From Octopus sinensis (taxonomy: Eukaryota): a stretch of DNA of 64,000 bases. A model generated the notes under the pieces. The model saw nothing but the letters and a program-made list of their open reading frames with translations. It was not told the DNA's origin and did no database searches. The position numbers and the translations under genes are program-made. Positions 53,365-64,000 of the stretch are shown piece after piece. Numbering within the stretch: the stretch's first letter is position 1; every line of letters begins with the position of its first letter. The DNA lies in assembly GCF_006345805.1 (NCBI RefSeq), contig NC_043008.1, forward strand, positions 24,552,001 to 24,616,000, in the 5' to 3' direction.

Positions 53365-54345
53365 GGGATGCCGCTGAAAAGTCGCACACAACTGCACGGG
53401 CTCGAGAACCGCGCACCCCATTTGTACGTCGATTGTGATGTCTTTCCTAAGCGCCTTTTCTAAGTTTCAAATTAAGTTTCCCTCTATTCTTTTACTTTAT
53501 ATCGCTAATGCCTTACTAAACCTAATTGATTCACCTCTAATTGCCCTTTTCGTAACAAATCATCATTGTAGTTGACGACTACCCCCGTGAAATCCACTTA
53601 ACTAATTCGTTAATTCGCTTACCTAATTCGCTAATCCGCTCTCCGTAAGCATGGTACATCGGAAGTGATGCATGCAGTCTCCAATAACCCTGCCTGTGAA
53701 ATCTATCTAGGTCGATCGTGAAGATAACGAATTTGGGAAATCCAGTCTGTACATGTCAGGCAGTTGAAAACGACTGAGCAGGTTTACGAGGCTTTTTCAG
53801 CCCCTTCTTCAAAGAGCTAATTTCACACAATCGAAGTGTGCATTCAAGATGAAATTCCTGTCTACCATTATCACTAACTGTCGAGACGTCTGAAAAATCC
53901 AGCTATCTTGTTTCTGTCCGTGCATAAGAAACCACCAGTCTGAAGGCGTCCCGATGCAAATGTTCACCTCCAGGACCATGGACTTTACTTTCTGGGTTCG
54001 GAAATGTGGCTTTAATCTTGAGATCCAGAGCTCTGCAGAACAACACCGCAGTCCCACCCACCTCCATTTCTGGTTGACATGAAAGTAATTAAAACTCATC
54101 CACCGAAGATTGGCATAAAAACTCGTCGGTTGAAAAGCCGGGTCTCACTCAGCCATGACATCTAAACTTAGTGGCCTAAGGTTATTGAGTAGATGGCCTT
54201 GTTTCCAAGGCAACCCCAGGCCATGCACATTTATACTGCAGAGAAGAGGAGAGAGCTAATACCGCAATTTTGCGAGGGACAGGGGATAGTTTTTCTGTCC
54301 ATCGGATTAGATGGAAGCGTTTCCACAAGCAGTTATTTGTAAAGA
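53365..54345 (-). mobile_element. L1/Tx1-type ORF2 5' fragment (APE endonuclease)
   Basis: SINVHGL..KQGHLLNNL..LDVMA.SETRL; AFRLVVSYA; TSRQLVIMVDRN; later GC.V.SRAR. Confidence 0.75.
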
Positions 54346-54379
54346 TTTTATTGCAAAATTCCCTACCCCAACAGAACAT

Positions 54380-55070
54380 TTGTTTTTTTTTATGTTTTAT
54401 TTGTTTTGTGTTATTTGTATGCTTTTTATGTGTGTAGAGATGTTGTTTGTCGACGTGATGAAATTGCTCTGAATGATATATGTATAGTTGTGTGTGTATA
54501 CTATTAGTGCTCTGTTGATTGTGATTATGGAATATGGTTGAAGATGTTTAAATTATCCTAATGATAGGATTTGTGATGAAAATGCTGAGCGTGTGAATTG
54601 GGTTATGCCTATAGTGGTGATGTCTGTGATAGTAGTGGGGGTTGTGGTAGTGATGGGGATAATGATAACAATTGTGTCGTAGCTGTGGTTGGTGGTGATG
54701 ATGTGTGTGAATGGGGGAGATATTTGAGCATTGTTGCTGAAAGGTATCCCCTCCTTTTGTTCGTATTTACCAGATATTTGTGTTGGTGTTGCTGTTTTTT
54801 CTTCCACTTTCTTTCCCTGGCTTTGGTGACCGTTTGCCATTTAGGTTCGTCATTATCGCTTTCATTACAGGACATGTGTGAGTGGTCCGATGAGGGGAGG
54901 GGCATGTTTGGGAGAGCTTTTTCATGTTTTGTTGAAGTAGCAGTTGTTGTTTGGGGATGGTTCTGATACTGCTGCTGTTGTTGGTGGTGGCGGATATGCT
55001 GTTGTTGTGAATGCTGCAGTAATTTTTGCTGCTGTTGTTTTCGCACAAATGATTTGTCTGTTGTGATCAA
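54380..55070 (-). other. Q/T/H-rich open frame followed by AATAAA and an A-rich run (possible LINE ORF1-like or retroposed fragment)
   Basis: ORF 54609-55070 includes ESDNDEPKWQTVTKARERKWKKK; the minus strand ends ..caaATAAAacataaaaaaaaac near 54385. Confidence 0.35.
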
Positions 55071-55275
55071 ATGTATGTACTGTACATTAACTCACTCACT
55101 CCATCAAATTGACTTTGCCAGAACGGATACAGGGTTTACCACCTGTCAGGTGCCGAAGTGATCGCAGAGCAACGTTTGACAAAGCATTTTTGCTCTGGAA
55201 CACAACGCACCACCCGGTCTAGGCATTGAAACCACGATCTCGCGATCATGAGAGCAACACCCTAAATCCAAGGCT
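55050..55275 (-). mobile_element. tRNA-derived SINE
   Basis: Head tagccttggatttagggtgttgctctcatgatcgcgagatcgtggtttcaatgcctagaccggg (A/B-box-like) followed by a body. Confidence 0.65.
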
Positions 55276-55279
55276 ATAT

Positions 55280-55452
<173 letters not shown>

Positions 55453-55479
55453 TTAGTTCGAGGCCTATGCTTTACTGAA

Positions 55480-56090
55480 TCTATTTGTTCGTGTTATATT
55501 ATTTGTCTTGATTTCTATCAGCATTTTATTCACCATAAGGGTTCACCAACTGAGCAAATTTCTATCTACTTTCATGAAACCATTTGTGCCAATAGCCAGG
55601 TTTTCCCCACTAATACTAGTAATATCTTAGATCATCCATGTGTCTTTATTATTTAGTCTTTTTCTAGACTCAGGGCTTGAGACATTAAGCCTGTTTCAGT
55701 TACTCTCATTTAGTGCAGCCTGGTCAGCATTCTCTGTATTTACTCCGCATCGGTCATCACCCTCCTCCTAATCTCATCGAGCTCTAGTACTGTTAGTCAT
55801 ACTTTCTTCCTTATTGCTCTTACCTGGTCACACAGTCTCTATTCCGTAATATCTACGCCCTGCTTCTCCACTCATATATTAAGCATCTGCTCTCTATTTC
55901 CTCTTATGGGTCTCCCTTTATTATCAGTGAGTCTGCTAAAGAAATAATTTTCTACGACAGCTATATTCATAATTTAGTCCATTTAATGACGTATAATGAC
56001 GACCGGACTTGTGCTGCTCACCCACAGGGTACCTGCCAGGTGAAAGTCCGTCACCTGTAGTTTCGTCCTCATTTACGCCTACAGAGCAGC
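55480..56090 (-). mobile_element. N-terminal part of an R4/Dong-like ORF
   Basis: GRPIRGNREQMLNI*VEKQGVDITE*RLCDQVRAIRKKV*LTVLELDEIRRRV, homologous to the start of the 49-kb copy. Confidence 0.75.
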
Positions 56091-56109
56091 AGTATTTAAT
56101 TTACTTTTA

Positions 56110-58500
56110 AGCTACTAGAATCAGCATCAAACTGCTTGCTGGAAGGACAAACCACCCTAATTCCCCAAAACAACGACAACTACAAAATTATAGGCTAATA
56201 ACATGCTTGTCAACATACCTATCAAAATCCTGTCAGCATCTTATCAACATTCTACAAAACCCTTACATAATTCATCTATAAGCGAAAACAACAAGGATTT
56301 ACCAAGAGAACAAAAGGAATGCCGGAGTGGGGTTGTACGGTTGTAAGGAGCAACTTCGGATAAACCGAGCCATTATAGAGCACTAAGAGAAAAACGACCC
56401 TCAACAAGACTTACATTGATTACTAAAATGCATTCGACAGTGATCCACACTCATGGATACTGAAATCTCTCTACACAAATAAATCATCTCCAACACTACT
56501 GAGGTATATCTAACATGCAATGGCAAACTGAAAAACCAGTATAAAATTGAAAAATGATCATAAGTCATTCAAACCTGCCCTCTACCCATAAGAAGGGTAA
56601 TTTTCCAAGGAGACTCGCTGTCACCCCTGCTTTTCTGGCTTACTCTGACCCCGTTAACAATCTGGTTAAGTGAAACCATCATGAGTTACAGCTGCTGTAG
56701 GCAAACAATAAAGCATCTAGTGTACATGGATGTTTAAAACATTTTCACTAAAAATATCCCAGAACAGAGAAACCTTCTAAAAACTGTCCATCGTTTCAGC
56801 AAGGATATCAAGATGAGTATGGGGCTGGACAAATGTGCCGAAGTGACACTGAGAAGAAGCAAATTAATCAGCACTGAAAATACTTCACTCGTCATAGACA
56901 CGGAAATCAGAGAATTATACCACAGTCACCCATACAAATATCTAAGAACAAACAAAGCAACTAAAATACAACACACAAGAATGAGGGAAAAAATTAGCAG
57001 AGACTATTACAGAAATGTTGGACTAATATTAAACACTGAACTCAATGCTAAAAATAAGATAATAGGGATAAACACACTGGTCACACCAGTCGTAGATTAC
57101 AACTTCGACATGATAAACTAGAAGATCATTGAATTGAAAAAAAAACAGAAAACTATTAACGGAATACTGAAGACACCACCCCAAATCAAACGCGGACAGC
57201 ATATATCTACCCCGCTCAGAAGAAGGCCGTAGCCTGACACAGATATAGAGAACTATTATAAGATAACAGTTAGGCTAGATAAGTACTTAAAAACAAAAAG
57301 TGGACGACTACTACATGTAATAAAGCAAAACGAGAAAAAGAAAACACTCTTCTTTATGCATAGGGTGGTGACAAAATACAGAACAGAAACAAACTATACT
57401 GATACACTGACCTCAGATGACAACATAGCAGAAATTGTCAAAAAGACAAAAAGCAATGTGAAACAGAACTACAAAATATACTAAACAAGATATTGAGAGA
57501 AAAACCACTCCAGGGCCAATACCCTGTGAGGCTTGATGGAGAAGAAGTGAGCCTCAGTAAAAGCCAACAATAGCTCAATTCTCTTTTCTAAACCCTCAAA
57601 CCGAAAGACTGATTCCCGTTGCACAAGACCATTGTCAGTTTACTAACGACTATAAAAGCAAAATAAAGAAATCAAGCCCTAACACCAAATGCAGATTGTG
57701 CAACCAGCATAATGAGACAGCAGACCACATCTTTTCCGACTGTCCAGTCCTTCAATATACATACAGGCACGACTGAGTTGGTAGTTATATCCACTGGACA
57801 ACATGCTCAAATTACAACATAAAAATTGACAGTAAATGGTATAAACATGGACCGAATAAGGTACAAAATAATGACAACGCCACAATCATTTGGAATATGC
57901 CTGTTCAAACCGACATAAAAGCTAGTCGCCCAGATATAATAATAAAGGATTGGAAAAAAACTATTGTTTAATGACAGACATTGCAGTCCCTTCTGATCAA
58001 AATATAATCCCCCCCCGCAAAAAAAATAATAAGTGGAGAAATGGTCAAAGTACAAAGACCTCAGAATTGAAGTATTCAAAATGTGGGGTATCGAGATGGA
58101 AAGAAAGCAATAATAATTGGAGTATTGGGCACGATAAAAAATGAACAAAAACGTAGAGGCTATACCTAGACCTTCAGCAAACTATTCAACAAAGAGCCCT
58201 GTTAGGAACATCCCACATCCTACGCAAGACATTATCAATTCAATAATATAACCTAAACAAAACAATCCAGAAACACAACACAATACACAATACAAACACT
58301 AATACAATAAAAATCTGCACCACACCTCATTAAACAAAGAAACTGAGGCAATACAATATCGGGAAGAGGTTGCACACTGCAAACAACAAAAAGAACTCAA
58401 TGCTGCACACACTCTAGCAACACGCTGATGCAGTACAAATTTACCTGAAACTACCAAATGTTGAACACTAACAATACGATTAGAAGACAACCAGAACAAC
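56110..58500 (+). mobile_element. R4/Dong-clade LINE, degenerate RT to endonuclease plus 3' UTR
   Basis: GQTTLIP..YRLITCL; IFQGDSLSP; HLVYMD; MSMGLDKCA..YKYL..LNTELNAKNKIIGINTL; CRLC..ETADHI..C; RPDIII; LGTSHILRKTLSIQ*. Confidence 0.9.
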
Positions 58501-59705
58501 AATAATACCAGCAGTTAGAAGGTAAATAAGGAAGGGAAAGAAAAGTAGTACAATTTTAAAGTACATTGTATTATCGTAAAGATGTAAATTTCTTCCAGTT
58601 TTTGTTTCTTTTCTACAGTTATTCGCATTAAAAAATACTATTAGTTTAGTTTCTTGTCATATACTGTGAAAAGTTCAACTGTTATACGTCGAAATAATGT
58701 GGTATGTTTAGATATTTTCGTTTGTCAATTTGTTTCTAAAAACGCGCATAATACTTGTTATAGCTTTCCCCGAATTCCCACATGCGCTTATCTAGTCAAC
58801 TATAAAACCACTCATTTATTGATTCCCTCTTCTGTTTAATTATCTAGCCATCCATCTCTCCTTCTATCTATCCATTCATCCATGCCAGCTTACTTTTGTT
58901 TCTCTTTCGAAATCATGATAAATGTCTGGTTTCTGCTTTTCGTATGTACCAAACGTATTATGAATATTGTTGAATATATGTTATATAGATGCATATTGTA
59001 TATTATGCACCCACTATATTTATGTCTTTATATGTATATGTATGTACCTTTGTATGTATATTTGTATGCAGATGCCTGTGCATAAATATGAAACGTACTA
59101 TGTACAGTGTAGTTTCATTGAAACACTGGAAAGCATTGCAATTCTATACGTATTATATGTGGACAATTTTAGTTTTATTTTTTTCTTTACATATCTTTCG
59201 TACACCATAAGAGCTGGAAGTTATGTTTTATTGCTTTTTGTTTACGAGATATGAAGAAGACAAAAATTTGTACGTAATTCATATAGTATAAAACTTTCTG
59301 GTTACGGGATAATAACCGTGAACGGTGCAATCAAAACTTATATTTATTAAATTGAAACTTATCTTTACAGATTATGTGATTTAACTCAAGTAGTAAACAA
59401 TTCATTTATTAACTTACCAGCTTTCACATTTAAAATTTTGCTCATTGTTTATCTCGTCCACCAAATTGTGTTAGTGCGCATGCACGATAATGTGCATTGC
59501 CTATAAATTGGGGTTAATATTTTTCTATATCTATGTATACATTTGTCGTACTACGTTTTTATTTCATGCACTTTTTAATAATTTTTACATTTGCCTGAAT
59601 TTCTATTATTTTATGATTTAAAAGTTTATATATATATATATAATACTATATTTGTTCCACGTCCTCGCGTTGTTGTGTTTTTTTTGTGTTTTATTGTTTG
59701 GATTA

Positions 59706-59768
<63 letters not shown>

Positions 59769-59784
59769 CTACTACTACTACTAC

Positions 59785-60082
59785 TACGTGACCGACCAGA
59801 CCATCAGATGTTGTTACACATCGCTAGTCACAATACGTTCGCATTGTTTTAGCCTTCGAATGACGCCACTCCGCTGGCTAAGCGAGCAGGCCAATAGAAG
59901 AAAGAGTGAGAGAAAGAGTGGTGAAAGAGTACAGCAGGGATCACCACTTCCTGCCGGAGCATCGTGGAGCTTTAAGCTGTTTTCGCTCAATAAACACTCA
60001 CAACGCCCGTTATGGGAATCGAAACCGCGATCTTACGACCGCGAGTCCGCTGCCCCTAACCACTGGGCCATTGCGCCTCCAC
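59785..60082 (-). mobile_element. Full-length tRNA(Arg)-derived SINE with (TAG)n tail
   Basis: gtggaggcgcaatggcccagtggttaggggcagcggactcgcggtcgtaagatcgcggtttcgattccc..ggtcggtcacg(tag)n. Confidence 0.88.
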
Positions 60083-60121
60083 ATACACACACACACACAC
60101 ACACACCACACACACACACAC

Positions 60122-60181
<60 letters not shown>

Positions 60182-60185
<4 letters not shown>

Positions 60186-60417
60186 TCAATATAAGGGTAG
60201 CAAAAAAATTCAAGAAAAATTCAAGAAAAATTTTCTGCAACCAGCGGTCAGATTATATAATATATTCAACAATAGTATTAAGGAATGATCCTGACAGGTC
60301 GTTCAACTCACTTGAAAAGAGCAGCTAAACTCAAACCGCAAAAATAGTAGTATTTCTGAAAACTAAAGGAGAAATAAAAACATTTATCCCCTATATAAAA
60401 ACATTCATCCCCTATAT
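60182..60417. repeat. Family C element, non-inverted copy in (TA)n
   Basis: Homologous to 17386-17590; ends with a ~20-bp duplication aaaaacattYatcccctatat. Confidence 0.85.
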
Positions 60418-60446
60418 GTATATATATATATATATATAATATATAT

Positions 60447-60491
<45 letters not shown>

Positions 60492-60881
60492 TATATATTC
60501 GTTCATAATATAATCCATTCATTCCATTAAAGAGTGTTGTCTTCCTTCCTCTGGGGTAAGAATGTCCAGCATAAAATTTACTTTGTATCTTAGTTCTTAT
60601 TTTTGAAGATTTAGTTTTGTATATACCTGTATGTGCGAATTAATTTTCTTTTATTCGTTACAGGCATTTACTTCAATTCATTTATTCCTTATTTTTATGT
60701 TATATGCATGTCTATATATATATATATGTGTGTGTGTGTATGTGTGCGTATGTATGTAAGTATGTATGAATGATTGTATGTATGTATATATAAAATCTAT
60801 ATAATACAAATCTATTACAAAACATACACTTCTCTATCTCTTTCTCTCTCTCTTTCACTCTCCATATAAATATATATATAT

Positions 60882-60973
<92 letters not shown>

Positions 60974-61321
60974 TAATTATGGTTCAGCTAACTGCTTCAC
61001 CAAATTAGAAAAAGAATTTAAAATTTCCTTTTCTACTACTATAAGAATCTTCATGAGACGGTAGACATACTTTTTACGAAGGCAAAGAGAAAAACAATGA
61101 ATCAACATGGATTATTTATAAACGCGTTTCGAGATTAAAGTAATTTAAGTTTTACTTACTTCTCTCTTCAGTATAATATTTCCAATTTTTATAGAATTTG
61201 AAAGTGCTATGGCCGAATATGCACACAATCGAGCGACCTCATGTAACAGATATCCAACGAACACTTCCAAATTTACAGAGCCGAATGTGAATACACTATT
61301 CAAATTCTATACCCACGTGTG

Positions 61322-61382
<61 letters not shown>

Positions 61383-62259
61383 ACATATAGAGATATATGT
61401 CTGTAATAAATTTGTAGGATAGATTATTTATAATCTTTTCGGATATCTTTGACTTGGAATTTGATTAGATCTGTATACTTAGAAGAATATTTAATTTTGC
61501 CATGCTATTTAAATTTCTTTCGTTTATTGTTTATGCATTTATTTCAAAAATTAGATACTCATAAATTTCTGAAACGAAGAAGACAATGTAGCCCCCGTTG
61601 GATTTGCGCGTCTCCAGAGGACTGTATATTCTGCTAATTTTAACTACAATAAACCTTTAAAATGTTTCGCATTAAGATGCTAATTGCATAGAAACTTTTT
61701 CAATGATCGGTTTTATTTGTGTGAACCAATTCTCCGATTGTAGACTTATTACTATTTGCGTATAATATGCAACACACTGGATGGAAAATTAAAAAATTCT
61801 ATTTAAATATTATATTTGTGCATAATATTTTGGAAAAATAGTGTTTATTCTCTTCCCAGAATCGTTTACTGGTTCAAACTACGTAATTATTTAACAACTA
61901 TGTATTTTGTCAATAATCGTATTTATTTTAACTCAAAGAAATATTTTATTTTGGAGTTATTTTCTTTTAGATCTATTGCAGTAATTATTTTAATTATAGA
62001 TATCTTAATCTCTAATAAATTTACAATATGATTAATCATTAATGCAATCTTTTTGACTTTTATATAGCGTAGGAATCGTATATTCATGCGTTGAAATTAA
62101 TGGGTGTGTGGTTCAGATTTAGAGCATTTTCGAGCTAGTGTTACTGACCTCTTTAAATACATATTTTTTAGTTATTCATACATTATAACAACAATTCTAT
62201 ATGTTAAATTAAAGCTTTTAATCGTAGGCGCACGGCATTGTCACTGATACGCTAATTTA

Positions 62260-63435
62260 TTAGATTGTTTCACATGAAATGTCATATTTGAAAGGTAACA
62301 ATAAAATGCTTCAGAAGTGTTAGAGAACTGCTTTATTTAATCAAAGTATGATCCATGTTCATTTATGCCATGTCATATATTCTATCTTTAAAAAAATCAT
62401 CTTTTGCTGTGATAAACTGTCCGTGCATATGAAAAGCTCAAAATGCTTAAATATGTGATGATCAGTACGAGAGATATCAGGGAAATAGGGAGGATGTTAC
62501 AAAATCTCATAATTCAGGCTTTGCACCTTTTAGACTGTAGCTTGAGGAGTGTGAAGTCGTGCATTGTCGTGGAGCACAACTGGGCCATTCCTATTCACTA
62601 ATCTGGGTTGCTTCTTTTTCAAATTCTCATGCATACAATCAATTTCCTGGCAATACGATGTTGCTGTTACCATTTTCCCTTGTTGCAAAAACTAATAAAG
62701 AATAACTCCCTTTGCAGACTACCATACAGTGACCATTAACATTTTAACAATCATGAATTTGGATAGTGTTTAGGTGTATCTAATCACTGTCCAGTTCTCC
62801 TGCTGTTGTGAAAGAGTATCAATTTCTCATCACAAGTAATGATTTAATGCAAAAATTGTCTTTTTCCAGCCGAGAAAGCAATAAGGAGCACACTTCGAGG
62901 CCTCTGTTTTTTCTAATCTCGTTCAGTTGATGTGGAACAAACCTATCCGTTTTCTTGGCTTTTCCAATTTTTTACAGGTGTCCAAAAACAGTAGTGCGAG
63001 ATGTTTGGAGTTCTGAGGAAAGTTCTCGAAACTTTGTTCACTGATTTTGTTCAACCGAAGCATTTAATCCATCATGCCGAATAACTGATTTTGGACTGCC
63101 CATTGGTTTATTTTCAAGGCTATTATCTCCTGAACGAGAGCTTTGGAACCATCTCTAAACAGTTCTGATGTCAACAAAACCATTACCAAAGGCCCGCTTG
63201 ATATTCCGTAGAGCTTCTGCAGCAGAGTGATCCAGTTTGTCCTCATACGTGAAAATCACTCAACATAGTTTCGTTGTTAACATTTTCATAAGGTCTGTGG
63301 GTACGAATTTTGTATAGCAATATTGTTGGGAAAGAAAAAGAGTCAAGATTAAATGCAAAGTATACATAATTGAGTTTTTAAATGACTGAAATAACAAGTA
63401 ATTAAAAATGCGACATTTCATGTGAAACAACTGAA
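62260..63435 (-). mobile_element. Mariner (D,D34D) DNA transposon, both TIRs present, transposase degenerate
   Basis: TA-flanked ~28-bp TIRs (ttagattgtttcacatgaaatgtc / gacatttcatgtgaaacaactgaa); KLDRFVPH, ITCDEK, VLHDNARLH, HPPYFPDISRTD motifs. Confidence 0.92.
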
Positions 63436-64000
63436 TATATTTCAGAGAAATTTCTTAAATCATTGCAAGTGTTCAATTGCGATATTTATAATGCCTTTTA
63501 AGTGTTGTTTTGGAACTATTCATTGCATCTTTTCACTATAGAGATGCAACTTTTCTGTCACTGATGGTTCGGAACCTCTTATAATCCGCACTAATGTATG
63601 AGCAACAGCTTCAATGTCCCACGGTCACCAGACTAGTTTAATGGTACTTGGCATAGATTAGTACCTCGCACAGTTCAGTACATCTGTTTCATTTAATTAT
63701 TTAAATCAAGTTAATACGTGTTAAATTAGAATGTGATGACCAAAATAACTAAGCATAATGCAGAAAACCCCCAGTAATCTGGAAAGGCTTTGGAAAGAAA
63801 AGTTCCGAAAATGTATGTTGTACCTATATTACAATTTCGATGATGAACATTGTAACCAAAAGTTGATTAATGCGTTACCCTTAACACATAGAGGCAGAAT
63901 ATTGTTCATAAAGATAAGATATTTACAATGTAAAAATAAACGAATGCAGAGGTTCTGGTCAGATAGCAACACAAATACTCTTTGCTGATTATATTACCAC

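Noticed and set aside
55480-58250. Twin-priming 5' inversion of a single Dong element
   Set aside because: The minus-strand N-terminal piece is AG-rich like the 49-kb family while the + strand RT is AC-rich, and ~600 bp would be missing. Two independent insertions are more likely.

Overview
AT-rich eukaryotic intronic/intergenic DNA, very likely octopus (inferred from the dense TA/CA/AAT microsatellites and the SINE, Penelope and Dong families; not database-confirmed). No host protein-coding gene can be supported. Almost all ORFs in the supplied track are translated microsatellites or transposon remnants. The left half (0.5-28 kb, also 41-43 and 59-60 kb) is dominated by Penelope-like element (PLE) remnants. 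Many form fold-back inverted structures, including a perfect 346-bp palindrome, a 5.6-kb inverted duplication and a 4.4-kb RT+GIY-YIG element. Their outward-facing ends carry type I hammerhead ribozyme (HHR) motifs, several with intact catalytic cores. Three related repeat families carry a different conserved motif, GTT-hairpin-CTTA, in the equivalent terminal position. The 43-58 kb region is a cluster of R4/Dong-type LINEs and a 560-bp non-autonomous repeat inserted in (AAT)n tracts. Helitron, Gypsy, Tigger, CR1, L1/Tx1, mariner, MITE and tRNA-SINE remnants are also present. All folds, translations and coordinates were read by eye and element boundaries are approximate.
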